In this document: positions 1 to 9,295 of the stretch, in pieces | Layout: the number at the start of each line of letters is the position of its first letter | Numbering within the stretch: the first letter of the stretch is position 1 | IMG/VR virus record: IMGVR_UViG_3300022745_000017 | Span: 153,974 to 217,973 of that record | DNA: 64,000 bases | Reading direction: 5' to 3' (one strand) | Program-made: the position numbers and the translations under genes | The notes under the pieces: model-generated | Databases searched by the model: none | What the model was told of the DNA's origin: nothing | The model's input: the letters and a program-made list of their open reading frames with translations, nothing else

Positions 1-294
1 CACAAGGCCGCGCTAGAGCCGGCAGTAGCGTCTCATGAAGTTGGGAACAACGGGGCTATGGTCTTGAAGGGAGTTAAGTGCGTTACACCCGAGATGATCT
101 TAGCCTCTGTGTTCGAAGACGAAGCCGATCGTGAACCAATGCTGCCAGTGCGTATCTATTGGAAAGATCAAACACTGTATCTGCTGATGTACCGGCTTAA
201 CTCACAGACGTATTTGCGGGTGCCTGCGAGAAACTTGCATCAGCGCTGCCCCATCTCGCTGATGTGGTTGGGTCAACCTCGTCAACGGAAGTAA
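1..294 (+). CDS. 3' end of a hypothetical protein, truncated by the window edge
   Basis: Frame 1 is open from base 1 (HKAALEPAVASHEVGNNGAMVLKG...) to TAA at 292-294 and is followed by a hairpin. Confidence 0.6.
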   Translation, partial: HKAALEPAVASHEVGNNGAMVLKGVKCVTPEMILASVFEDEADREPMLPVRIYWKDQTLYLLMYRLNSQTYLRVPARNLHQRCPISLMWLGQPRQRK

Positions 295-300
295 GCACAC

Positions 301-336
301 GTCCTCACTGATGCTATTGTACGCATCAGTGAGGAC
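301..336 (+). terminator. Hairpin terminator
   Basis: GTCCTCACTGATGC / GCATCAGTGAGGAC 14-bp stem, 8-nt loop, followed by AACTCTTTT. Confidence 0.7.
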
Positions 337-368
337 AACTCTTTTCATCCAATTATTTATTTGACACT

Positions 369-842
369 ATGAAAATCGTAACAGACCAATCCCTTATGTC
401 GGTTAGAAAAGGCATCATCATTCACGGAGTCAATGGACAAGGTAAGATGAATAAAGGCCTAGCCAAACAAATCAGACAAGCTTACCCTGTCGTTTACGAA
501 GACTACATGAACCGACAAGCTACACACGGCTTGTTGCTCGGTAGTATCATTGTCAGTGAGATTACTCCAGACCTAATTGTCATCAGCGGTGTATCCCAGA
601 AGTACTACGGTAATGACCCGAATGTGACTTATGCCAGTTTAGGTGCTATTAAGAAGATTTTCAGACTCGTGACCAACTACAATCTGAAGTACCAGCAAGG
701 GCGCTTAGAGATTCACTACCCGAGGATTGGTGGACAATTAGGCAATCTCCCATGGCCACAAACACAACGAGAAATAGAGGCTGAATTCAGCGATCAACTA
801 ACCTACGTCTTACACGACTACCGGCAAGACAGTGTGCCTTAG
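369..842 (+). CDS. Macro domain (ADP-ribose binding/hydrolase) protein
   Basis: IIIHGVNGQGKMNKGLAKQIRQAYP and IHYPRIGGQLGNLPW match the two macro-domain loops (HGxNxxGxMGxGxA; PxIGxGxxGxxW), with substitutions. Confidence 0.8.
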   Translation: MKIVTDQSLMSVRKGIIIHGVNGQGKMNKGLAKQIRQAYPVVYEDYMNRQATHGLLLGSIIVSEITPDLIVISGVSQKYYGNDPNVTYASLGAIKKIFRLVTNYNLKYQQGRLEIHYPRIGGQLGNLPWPQTQREIEAEFSDQLTYVLHDYRQDSVP

Positions 843-887
843 AATTCTATGTTGCCTACCCTTTAAATTTTTACATAGAAACTTATC

Positions 888-2975
888 ATGTCTACTTTTG
901 CTCGAAGGATGTTTGGTTTTGTAAATGTCCGAGAGGAAGACGGTGTTGTTTATGTGGAGGGCGTTAATGCCCGAATCATGCATGACAACATCGACAACCT
1001 CTGGCGGACATCGCGTGTATGTGCAAATGCTTTTTTGCATAAAGACCTCTCTAGTTTTTCTTTTCCTTCCTTTTATGCTCTGGACATTTGCTACTCGTTT
1101 GAGCGAATGCTCGCACAGCCAGAAGCTTTCTCAGGGGTTCGAACGATCTCCAAAATCGTAGAGGGTTTGCTGCAAAACACTTGGTTGAAAAAGACCAGGC
1201 AACCTCACCACGACCGACTTGATTACTCACGTCTAAAGCTACTCAATGTAACTCTGCGAGACTACCAAAGCGACTTGCTGGTAAACTACGCCAAGAACAC
1301 AGACCTCTATGACCTCAAAGGCTACTTGTTTGGCGCAGCTCCGGGTACTGGCAAGACGATTACCTCTATTGCACTCCACCTCTGCTTGAAAAACGATTTA
1401 GCGATCGTCACAGTCCCACAGGTAGCCATTGAAGACGTATGGGTGCAAACGCTCACTGGTATCTTTAAAAGGCCTGTGAAGGTATGGACTTCACACATGA
1501 CTGAGGAGCCCAAGGGCGATGAGGATGTCATTGTCATCCACTATGAGTTCCTCAAGAAGCTCTTGGAGATGATCTATAAGTTTCGTCATCGCAAAGTGAC
1601 GAACATCTTAGATGAGTCGCACAACTTCAATACGATTGGCACACTGCGCAGCGACCTCTACGTTGACCTCACCAGCCAGTCTAATTGCAAGGATGTGCTT
1701 TGGCTCTCAGGAACACCCATCAAGGCACTCCCGATCGAAGCAGCACCACTCATCCGCTGCATCGATCCAAAGTTCACTGACGACTGCTATAACCGGTTTA
1801 AACGCATTTATGCAGGCGCTACTAACCAAGCCCTAGAGATCTTGCAACACCGCCTTGGCATCATCTCGATGTATGTCAAAAAGGATGTCTTGAACTTAGC
1901 CCCTCCAATTTTCCAAGATGTCAAAGTCGTCTTGAAAAATGCGAGGGACTACACCTTGCCAGCTATCCGGCAGGCGATGATAGAGTTTACGCAAAAGCAA
2001 GAGATCTACTACGCCTCACGTCGCAAAGAAGACGAGGAGTTTTTCTACGGGATCTTGAACACTTACGCAGCCACTCTTAAATCAGCTGCGCAAAAGAGCG
2101 AGTACCAAGCTTATCGCAGGTCTTTAGATATCGTGATTCGCTCCAGTGGCTCTGCGATTGCCAGCGATGAGATCAGGGCTTGTAATGAGTTTGAAACACG
2201 CTGCATCATGCCTATCCTCAATTATGAGGAGCGCAAGATGTTCAAAGATGTTCGCTCTGTCATCAAGTACGTTAAGCTCAAGATCCAGGGCGAGTGCTTG
2301 GGCCGTGTAGTGGGGGGCTTGCGTATTCAGTGCGCTGTTGACATGGCTAAGGTATTTGACTTCCAGTCGATCTGCGAGACCACTACTAAGAAAACAGTGG
2401 TGTTCACAAGCTACGTTCAGGTGTTGTTGGAAGGACTGCAAAACGTCAAAAACAATACTGACTACACTCCACTGAGCGCTTACGCAGAAAACTCAGGCAA
2501 ACTCCACGAAACTGTCAAAGAGTTCTACGACAATGAGAATGCAAACCCACTATTTGCTACTTACAAGACTCTCTCGACTGCTGTGCCACTTACAGCGGCA
2601 GACGTAGCTGTGATTTTTGATGCACCATTCAGAGACTACACTTTGCAACAAGCCATCGCCCGGATTCACCGCGATGACTCTCGCCCTGGGCACAAAATCA
2701 CCCAGGTGTACGTCTACCTCGTGAGCCTTGACACAGGTGAAGAGATTAACATCTCGTCGCGCTCCTTTGACATCCTCAAATGGAGTCAAGAGCAAGTCCA
2801 AGCCATCACAGGTGTGCAGTCCCCCTTCGATATCACGACGCTCCAGAGTCAAAATGACCCAGCTATGGAGTCTCTTGGTTGGTATCACGACTTCCAAAAC
2901 CACTGGGAAACCAGTAAAGAAGTGGAGCCGTTTACAGTCACGATGGGACAAACACCTAAGGCTTTGATGTGGTGA
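888..2975 (+). CDS. SNF2/SF2-like helicase of phiKZ-like phages
   Basis: Walker A AAPGTGKT, motif II DESH, motif III SGTP, motif VI QAIARIHR. Confidence 0.9.
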   Translation: MSTFARRMFGFVNVREEDGVVYVEGVNARIMHDNIDNLWRTSRVCANAFLHKDLSSFSFPSFYALDICYSFERMLAQPEAFSGVRTISKIVEGLLQNTWLKKTRQPHHDRLDYSRLKLLNVTLRDYQSDLLVNYAKNTDLYDLKGYLFGAAPGTGKTITSIALHLCLKNDLAIVTVPQVAIEDVWVQTLTGIFKRPVKVWTSHMTEEPKGDEDVIVIHYEFLKKLLEMIYKFRHRKVTNILDESHNFNTIGTLRSDLYVDLTSQSNCKDVLWLSGTPIKALPIEAAPLIRCIDPKFTDDCYNRFKRIYAGATNQALEILQHRLGIISMYVKKDVLNLAPPIFQDVKVVLKNARDYTLPAIRQAMIEFTQKQEIYYASRRKEDEEFFYGILNTYAATLKSAAQKSEYQAYRRSLDIVIRSSGSAIASDEIRACNEFETRCIMPILNYEERKMFKDVRSVIKYVKLKIQGECLGRVVGGLRIQCAVDMAKVFDFQSICETTTKKTVVFTSYVQVLLEGLQNVKNNTDYTPLSAYAENSGKLHETVKEFYDNENANPLFATYKTLSTAVPLTAADVAVIFDAPFRDYTLQQAIARIHRDDSRPGHKITQVYVYLVSLDTGEEINISSRSFDILKWSQEQVQAITGVQSPFDITTLQSQNDPAMESLGWYHDFQNHWETSKEVEPFTVTMGQTPKALMW

Positions 2976-2981
2976 TTAAAC

Positions 2982-3004
2982 TAAAATAACTCGGTCACAT
3001 ATAC
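2982..3004 (+). promoter_or_regulatory. Putative phage early promoter motif
   Basis: TAAAA-N9-CACATATAC; the same motif recurs at 7416, 11234, 13624, 18552, 55652 and 60047. Confidence 0.55.
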
Positions 3005-3056
3005 TGTTAGTGTACCAGGAATGGTTTTTGGTACACTACTTTGAAGGACTGAGAAA

Positions 3057-3518
3057 GTGAAAATAATCATCAAGAGCAACGCTCTGCTTCACGAGAAGCT
3101 GAGCTCCCTGCGACTCAGGGGCGTCTACTCGACGCCCGCTGAGATTACTTTGACCGGTGAGCGCCACGAGCTGCATGCCAGTGGGGTCATGAAACAGCTC
3201 ACTCAGCTGATCTTGTCTTCTTACGTGCACGGCGCGGATGAGAAGGCGTCGTGGCCATTGAACCTAGCTGACAAAGCTGTGCTCAACAGCCACACCGTGA
3301 CCGTCGTCGTAGACGATGGTTTGGCAGCGACCGTACCTTGGTACATGAGCGAGGAAGATTACCTCTGGCAAAGCACCAGCTTCGCCCGACGTGTCCAGGT
3401 GATGGCTAATATGCAACGCACTGGCCGACACCCTGCGAATGAAGCTTACCACGATCTCACGACCCAAGTAGTCGTAGGTGTGATGGCATCAAAAGCCAAA
3501 CAAAGGCTTGCAGCATGA
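3057..3518 (+). CDS. Hypothetical protein
   Basis: 153-aa ORF with GTG start after a purine-rich leader; its stop overlaps the next start (ATGA). Confidence 0.7.
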   Translation: MKIIIKSNALLHEKLSSLRLRGVYSTPAEITLTGERHELHASGVMKQLTQLILSSYVHGADEKASWPLNLADKAVLNSHTVTVVVDDGLAATVPWYMSEEDYLWQSTSFARRVQVMANMQRTGRHPANEAYHDLTTQVVVGVMASKAKQRLAA

Positions 3519-3784
3519 CCAGAGCCCTGTCTATCACCATAGATAAAATAATCAAAGGTGAGGAGACAATTCACTTCCTCCCCAACCAGGACCCTGACTT
3601 TCATAAAGTTTACGACTCCTATAGATTCATCACTAACAAAGGTGTTGAGTTTGAAATGGAGATGTACTACGGTGAGATTTTATCTATAAGCGATGCTGAC
3701 AGAACCCTTGAAGCAAAGCTTATAGACCCACAAGACTTGAACGCACTACTAGAGTGTGTCATTGCTAGTCAGATCAGTCCATAA
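3515..3784 (+). CDS. Hypothetical protein
   Basis: 89-aa ORF translationally coupled to the previous gene and ending just before a palindrome. Confidence 0.7.
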   Translation: MTRALSITIDKIIKGEETIHFLPNQDPDFHKVYDSYRFITNKGVEFEMEMYYGEILSISDADRTLEAKLIDPQDLNALLECVIASQISP

Positions 3785-3786
3785 CA

Positions 3787-3822
3787 GCATACTCCCCCAG
3801 GCCTAGGCCTGGGGGAGTATGC
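3787..3822. terminator. Perfect 36-bp palindrome, probable bidirectional terminator
   Basis: GCATACTCCCCCAGGCCT|AGGCCTGGGGGAGTATGC between convergent genes; T-tract on the + side. Confidence 0.8.
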
Positions 3823-3839
3823 ACCACCTTTTTTCTTGC

Positions 3840-5912
3840 TTAGCCTTGAGTGACCGTCAAAACAGCCGGGTCTAGTGGCATCTCCGGATTGAGCGGGAAG
3901 AGCGACTCTGACCAGTTAGACGATACCGTAGCGATGTTTGTCACATTAGGCACCGCGTTATGCAGATGTCGCACACTCAAGCCACTAGCAGTTTGCGAAG
4001 AAGCCAGTGTCAAGACGATACTACTGCCGCTCACGCGTGCACTATTGATCGTCACAAACGCGCCCGACTTCACCACCTCCCATCCTGTCAACTCAGCGCC
4101 AGCATCTGATAGACTCTTATAGTCCTGCATGTCAAGACCAACCGTAATCGTGAGACCATCGGCTGATAAGACTGCACTCGTTGGTGCCGCTGTGACAGAA
4201 TTAATACCGGATGCAAAACCAACAGCACGCAATGTAGCGCGAGCTAACATCACTGCAAACTTGTTTTGCGGTACTCCTGTAGCCACTGATATATTACTAA
4301 CTCGCGCAAGACCCACACTGTGCGCCCCACGGTAGCGGTTCGCAGCATCAGCAATTGCTGAAGGGTTTGTCTGCAAGCGCATTACTTGGTAAGCGTCGTC
4401 AGCCACTACTTGATTAGCGGTAGGTGCGGAGAAGATCGGACTGAGCACAGCAGGTGTAGTGCTTGGAATGCCGCAGTCCGCATACAGCCCTGACACCATC
4501 GCAGTGAGCTGCGCTCGGTAGGAGGTTGGATCGGTCGCTGCGTCAGCTGTGCTATCAAAGAAGTGCAGTGCTGTAAAGCCAGTGTTTCCAGTAACCGAAT
4601 TGATACGCCCAACAATGTAATTATAATTAGTGCTACCCGGAGCATAATTGGTGATGGCTAATCCACCTAGATAAGTATTTACTACATAGCACAGTGTGGG
4701 TGCACCACTAACGATCGTTAATGCATTACACATTGCTTGCAGAGAAGAATTAGCGAACTGCCCCGATACACTGTCGCCGATACAGATGATCGCTCCCGGC
4801 CATACGGTCGTTGATAAAGAAGTATTTACCGCTGCCGCGAAGGCGTAAGAAATATTCCCTCCGTACATAGCAATAACATTACCGACATAAGTCGGTACAC
4901 TCACTCCGCAGAGATCTTGTTCACCGACACGTCCCTTCCCCCGGAACTCCAAGATATAAGGACCACCGTCAGGAATGCGCTTGGTGAAACCACTCCAAGA
5001 GTTATCTGTAATGACGACCGAAGTCAAATCATCCCAATCTCGAAAGACTGTGCGATTTTTGCCAAGGACGCGGTACTCAATTCCTTGCGGCTTTAACCCT
5101 GTGAAGCTACCCTGAATTGGAGCTCGTACCCCACCTGCGGCATCTTTCTTCCAGAATTGCTGATGACCTTTTACAGTCACTGTTCGTGAGGTGTTCGCAT
5201 CCTCCGCTTGTACTTCTTCAAACCCACCAACCACACCAACCACACCGGTGTTAGTGCTACCTTGATCGGTGAGAAAAGCTACCTTGGTAGTCCGCACGGT
5301 GAGTTCTGGAACCGCAATACTCGTATAGACGAGGTAACCGTTCTTGTAAATCAACACTTTGGAGTTGGTATTGTCCCAAGTAAATTTAAAGATTTCACCT
5401 ACAGCCAAAGGTGTTACACGGAACGGCAAAGCAGTAAATACCGAGCCGACCAAGTTAATGATTTTGACAGTCACGCCATTGATAATAAAGTAAATAATAA
5501 AACGACTTGACTGCTCGCTATACCGGATCATCACGCCGTTGTTGACGATACTGCTACCCGAAGCGTCCAGAGCTGCCGATAAAACAATGCTAAAGGATGT
5601 CGTAAAGTTCAGTCGCACTGATACGGAGTGGCTCAGCGACTGGGTGTCATATGTCAGAGCCAGTGGCGTAGTGGTGTCAGAATAGACCATCCCTTTACCA
5701 CTGGCGGAAATCGTGACCTTGGTTTGTGCTGTGGCCAACGTACTAGCAGGAGCTACACACACCCAACCAGGCCGATCTGACACCTTGCTTCCAGGTGTGC
5801 CGACAAAGCGATCGTAGAGAACGCGACGCGCTGGCGCTGGTGGATCTTGTGTGAACAAGCTGTTAGACTTCTTGCGACCACCTGCGCAAGTGACGGAACT
5901 GGTTGAACGCAT
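3840..5912 (-). CDS. Putative virion-associated glycan-binding protein: ConA-like beta-sandwich + Ig-like + degenerate sialate O-acetylesterase (SGNH) domain
   Basis: SD AAGGAG before ATG. SWSGFTKRIPDGGPYILEFRG precedes VGNVIAMYGGNIS, the context of VGDVWLCSGQSN. C-terminal VRHLHNAVP...EMPLDP resembles the esterase C-domain (VRYAW...GLPA). Confidence 0.6.
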   Translation of the reverse strand: MRSTSSVTCAGGRKKSNSLFTQDPPAPARRVLYDRFVGTPGSKVSDRPGWVCVAPASTLATAQTKVTISASGKGMVYSDTTTPLALTYDTQSLSHSVSVRLNFTTSFSIVLSAALDASGSSIVNNGVMIRYSEQSSRFIIYFIINGVTVKIINLVGSVFTALPFRVTPLAVGEIFKFTWDNTNSKVLIYKNGYLVYTSIAVPELTVRTTKVAFLTDQGSTNTGVVGVVGGFEEVQAEDANTSRTVTVKGHQQFWKKDAAGGVRAPIQGSFTGLKPQGIEYRVLGKNRTVFRDWDDLTSVVITDNSWSGFTKRIPDGGPYILEFRGKGRVGEQDLCGVSVPTYVGNVIAMYGGNISYAFAAAVNTSLSTTVWPGAIICIGDSVSGQFANSSLQAMCNALTIVSGAPTLCYVVNTYLGGLAITNYAPGSTNYNYIVGRINSVTGNTGFTALHFFDSTADAATDPTSYRAQLTAMVSGLYADCGIPSTTPAVLSPIFSAPTANQVVADDAYQVMRLQTNPSAIADAANRYRGAHSVGLARVSNISVATGVPQNKFAVMLARATLRAVGFASGINSVTAAPTSAVLSADGLTITVGLDMQDYKSLSDAGAELTGWEVVKSGAFVTINSARVSGSSIVLTLASSQTASGLSVRHLHNAVPNVTNIATVSSNWSESLFPLNPEMPLDPAVLTVTQG

Positions 5913-5936
5913 GATAACTCCTTTTTAGTAGTTAGA

Positions 5937-6878
5937 TCAGATCAGTTCGATGATTTCCAGAACCACGGTAGCGGCATCTTCGTGTGCAGCCTTGATTGCA
6001 GAAATCGAAGAACCAGCAGCACAGGTGTAGTCACGCTCACCATTTTCCATCAACAGCGCTCCAGTGGAGCTGTTGGGGATGGTCGATCCCATGGCGATGC
6101 GGATATCGCCGCCGCGCGCCAAGACAGTAAAGCGTGTGCAGGTGCTAGTCAGGGTGACAGTATTGCCACCTGAGGAGACGTCGATTTGCCGACCAACTCC
6201 CAAGCGACCCAGAGGCTCGGTAGTGACCCGGTCACCTTGCTCTGCTGCATTGTGGTTTTTGATCTTGACATCAGCAGTACCAGTCACCACCAGCGCGTCA
6301 CCTTGTTGACTAGCGACGTGCCCCTTCAAAGCCACTGGTTGAGAGCCAACGGTAGCCACCACCAATGGGTCGCCTTGCTGCGCCGCCACATGCCCAGCCA
6401 CACGGGTCGTCTGCGCACCGGACACTTGCACAAGCAGTGCATCACCTTGCTCACTTTGAACATGGTTTTTGATCTTCACCGGCAGTGCGGTGTTGGCTGT
6501 CACAACGGTGGGTACGCTGGCACTCGAAGCCGGAGCAGCTGAGTCACTCACTGAGACATCCAGCCGGCCTTTACCACCAGTAATGATGAGTCGCCCATAC
6601 ACGAACGGTGTAGCGATGGTGGCTTGGTCTTCAGTCGACGTACTCGAAATCTCAGCCAAAGGCTCCCAGTTGGTATCCGAAGAGCGAGCCGGATCGTAGT
6701 TGTTGGTCACCATCAAAGTGGCATTGATGGTGTTTTGCTCCAACCCTACGAGCTTGAAAAACACGCTAGGCCCAGCCAATCGAAACACCTCAGTGATGAG
6801 TTGCTGATTGGGCTCACCTGCTGTGTCAAAGATACCTTGGTTTTGAGTGAAAGGCAAGAAGCTATTGACGGAAGACAT
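5937..6878 (-). CDS. Putative virion appendage protein with four internal ~22-aa repeats
   Basis: ATG at 6878 with GGAG SD (the track start at 6917 is likely too long); repeats KIKNHVQSEQGD, RVAGHVAAQQGD, ALKGHVASQQGD, KIKNHNAAEQGD. Confidence 0.65.
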   Translation of the reverse strand: MSSVNSFLPFTQNQGIFDTAGEPNQQLITEVFRLAGPSVFFKLVGLEQNTINATLMVTNNYDPARSSDTNWEPLAEISSTSTEDQATIATPFVYGRLIITGGKGRLDVSVSDSAAPASSASVPTVVTANTALPVKIKNHVQSEQGDALLVQVSGAQTTRVAGHVAAQQGDPLVVATVGSQPVALKGHVASQQGDALVVTGTADVKIKNHNAAEQGDRVTTEPLGRLGVGRQIDVSSGGNTVTLTSTCTRFTVLARGGDIRIAMGSTIPNSSTGALLMENGERDYTCAAGSSISAIKAAHEDAATVVLEIIELI

Positions 6879-6950
6879 GATAAATACTCCATAAGCGAAG
6901 GGAAGAACACATAGCATAAACCTGTAAAAAATTACTCATATGCCAATTAT

Positions 6951-7029
6951 GTGTCACGCGGCAGGTACGGCCATTAGCAGAAAATCCTTCACATCAGCAA
7001 CAATGCGATGTACCCAAGTCGCGTGACAC
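6951..7029. other. Long-range inverted repeat / candidate structured RNA in a divergent intergenic region
   Basis: GTGTCACGCG (6951-6960) pairs with CGCGTGACAC (7020-7029); nested GGTAC (6964-6968) / GTACC (7010-7014). Confidence 0.45.
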
Positions 7030-7057
7030 CCTTTAACCACTTTGAGAGGAGAGAGCT

Positions 7058-7342
7058 ATGCAACACCCTCCTTTCGGGGTGGTACACGTCCCGCTGATGG
7101 ATGTATCCCAGATCCCAAAAAGCCGGTATAAGGAAATCTACGACTTGATCGTTGAAAAGATTAAGTCGTTTATCAGAAACGCTTTACATTCATTTGCCGT
7201 TTTCCACACCTTCATAGAAGGATTGCGGCCGGCACCAGTGTTTGGGTGGGTGTGGTCGCAGGCCATGCGACCATTGTTGTGTGCCACTAACAAGGCGATG
7301 CTGCCAGAAATAAGAGCACCCCCGAGACGACAAACGCTTTGA
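7058..7342 (+). CDS. Hypothetical protein
   Basis: 94-aa ORF with strong SD (GAGAGGAGAG), followed by a hairpin. Confidence 0.65.
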   Translation: MQHPPFGVVHVPLMDVSQIPKSRYKEIYDLIVEKIKSFIRNALHSFAVFHTFIEGLRPAPVFGWVWSQAMRPLLCATNKAMLPEIRAPPRRQTL

Positions 7343-7357
7343 TTACCTGTGCTTGAG

Positions 7358-7406
7358 CATACCCCACACCACTACACCTTGAATGGATGTAGTGGTGTGG
7401 GGTATG
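7358..7406 (+). terminator. 19-bp stem hairpin
   Basis: CATACCCCACACCACTACA / TGTAGTGGTGTGGGGTATG; no U-tract, TATGTC at the base. Confidence 0.7.
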
Positions 7407-7415
7407 TCCGCCATG

Positions 7416-7439
7416 TAAAATATCTTAAACACATATAAC
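7416..7439 (+). promoter_or_regulatory. Putative phage early promoter motif
   Basis: TAAAA-N9-CACATATAAC(CCTTGTG). Confidence 0.55.
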
Positions 7440-7472
7440 CCTTGTGTCACCAACCTTACCTGTGAGATCATC

Positions 7473-8480
7473 ATGGCAAACCGTAACAAAAAGCCCCTGA
7501 CTAACTCTTTTGCGCGCCCACCCAAATATGCCATCAGTGGCACCGCCGCTGACATTCAGAAAGTAAATGGCCTCTTAGACACCAAAGAAATCGTTTACTT
7601 AGACGATACGCGAAGCATTCTCGACAATAACCGCAAGCGCCGAGAGATGGTGGATATGTCAGACCACCGAATCATCGTGGTCAACATGTCAGACCCTCTT
7701 AACTGCATTAGTGTACTCGAAGCTGACAATAGCCACTTGTCCCATAACCCGGCAGACATTGCTGTCATCATCGTTACACCGCCCGGCACTAAAGCGCCAA
7801 GTCTGGAATACCGCGCAACTTGGAAACTTGGTCGCCATCTCTATAACACGGTTGGTATGGTCATTGTTGTAAATGAACTAACCCAATCGGTTGTTCGGTG
7901 TGTTGTAGGTAACTTCTTGGACAATGAAAATAAGAAGGGTAAGTTCGTGTATGGTGATAAATCAGAGACCTACCACTCTATTAGCACACATCTGGCTTGT
8001 GATAACAGCCAATATATCAAGTTGGGTATTAAGTTGTTCGATGACTTAGATGAGATACCTGCCGACGGGATCAATTACTCTCTGGTGACGTGTGAAAGAC
8101 AGGACACCGAAGCTGAGGATCTCGTTGAACACATCGCCCATGTGCTACGCGACTGTTATGTAAACCGGCATACACCGCATAATCCAGAGGACTTATCGAC
8201 AGTTGGCTTCACGTTTACACTGACGGTGAACAAACAGTGGTTGACACAGCTCCAAGAAAAAGCAATCTATAGCGTAACAGATTTGAAGGACTTGCTCAGT
8301 CACGCATTGTTCACCCAGGAAAAGCCCGATCCCAGCAATGAGCTTTTCATGGCCTTCAATGCATTTGTCCAATCGCAAGAAACCCCAAAAGACATTCGTA
8401 TCGACATCTTGGATGACAGACCCTATATCGTCTGGAATGGAAAAGCTTGTCCCATCTCTGATACCCCTTCGTTTCTCTAA
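7473..8480 (+). CDS. Hypothetical protein
   Basis: 335-aa ORF directly downstream of the promoter motif; no recognised motif. Confidence 0.8.
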   Translation: MANRNKKPLTNSFARPPKYAISGTAADIQKVNGLLDTKEIVYLDDTRSILDNNRKRREMVDMSDHRIIVVNMSDPLNCISVLEADNSHLSHNPADIAVIIVTPPGTKAPSLEYRATWKLGRHLYNTVGMVIVVNELTQSVVRCVVGNFLDNENKKGKFVYGDKSETYHSISTHLACDNSQYIKLGIKLFDDLDEIPADGINYSLVTCERQDTEAEDLVEHIAHVLRDCYVNRHTPHNPEDLSTVGFTFTLTVNKQWLTQLQEKAIYSVTDLKDLLSHALFTQEKPDPSNELFMAFNAFVQSQETPKDIRIDILDDRPYIVWNGKACPISDTPSFL

Positions 8481-8497
8481 ACTCTAAAGGAGTTATA

Positions 8498-8959
8498 ATG
8501 GCTGACTTTGACGGCGATGATATGCCTGGGGCTATGTTCTCAGCTCCACCCCTCAATCCTGGGCGCATTTACTCGCCCAACGAATACTTCTTGGCCCTGG
8601 GAAAAGCTATTCTCCATGGCTGCACTCCCACTACAAAAGAGTGCTTTCAAAAGGCTATGTATCCTCGCACCCCGATGGAGGAACAAACCCCTCAACAACC
8701 ACTTGTCGAGTTCCGAGAAGACCGACTAGCGGTAGTCGCCATCAGTATCCTACACAGCTACATGGAAGCTAGTGCTGGGGGTACAAAAGACTGCACCATC
8801 AATTTCAAGATACCGGTGGCTGAGGAAGAAAAGATAAATCCTCACCATAGTGTGTTCAACAAAACCACACCCCCATGCAACAACACCATCTCACGCCATC
8901 TGAAGCCGTTAAAGCAGTCGTTGAAACGACTCTGCGGCAGTGGCAAAAAACAGACGTGA
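8498..8959 (+). CDS. Hypothetical protein
   Basis: 153-aa ORF with AAGGAG SD. Confidence 0.75.
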   Translation: MADFDGDDMPGAMFSAPPLNPGRIYSPNEYFLALGKAILHGCTPTTKECFQKAMYPRTPMEEQTPQQPLVEFREDRLAVVAISILHSYMEASAGGTKDCTINFKIPVAEEEKINPHHSVFNKTTPPCNNTISRHLKPLKQSLKRLCGSGKKQT

Positions 8960-8999
8960 TCGATCCACTACCCAAGCTTTTGGAGCTGGCCGATTAACG

Positions 9000-9031
9000 C
9001 CTCCCTAGGACGTGAAAGCGTCCTAGGGAGG
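9000..9031 (+). promoter_or_regulatory. Hairpin that includes the SD of the next gene
   Basis: CCTCCCTAGGACG-TGAAAG-CGTCCTAGGGAGG; the GGAGG lies 3 nt before ATG 9035. Confidence 0.55.
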
Positions 9032-9034
9032 TTT

Positions 9035-9295
9035 ATGCTGTTTTTATGTATGAACACACCGTATAGAGTAGATGGGCCTTGTACGCTGTTTACTTCAACT
9101 GTAGACGGCGCTCCGCCCGAAGCAGTGAGCTTTCGCCTCGATGTGCCTTGTATGTCGTTCATGATTGATCGCAGTGAGTATGACGCTCTCCAGCGCTGGG
9201 CCAAAAACAACAACCTGAAAGGGGTCGATGCACTCTCGAACATTGTTTTATTAGCCCTAGACCAATTCATCACCAAGCAAAAGGAAACACCATGA
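9035..9295 (+). CDS. Hypothetical protein
   Basis: 86-aa ORF, GGAGG SD, ATGA overlap with the next gene. Confidence 0.65.
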   Translation: MLFLCMNTPYRVDGPCTLFTSTVDGAPPEAVSFRLDVPCMSFMIDRSEYDALQRWAKNNNLKGVDALSNIVLLALDQFITKQKETP

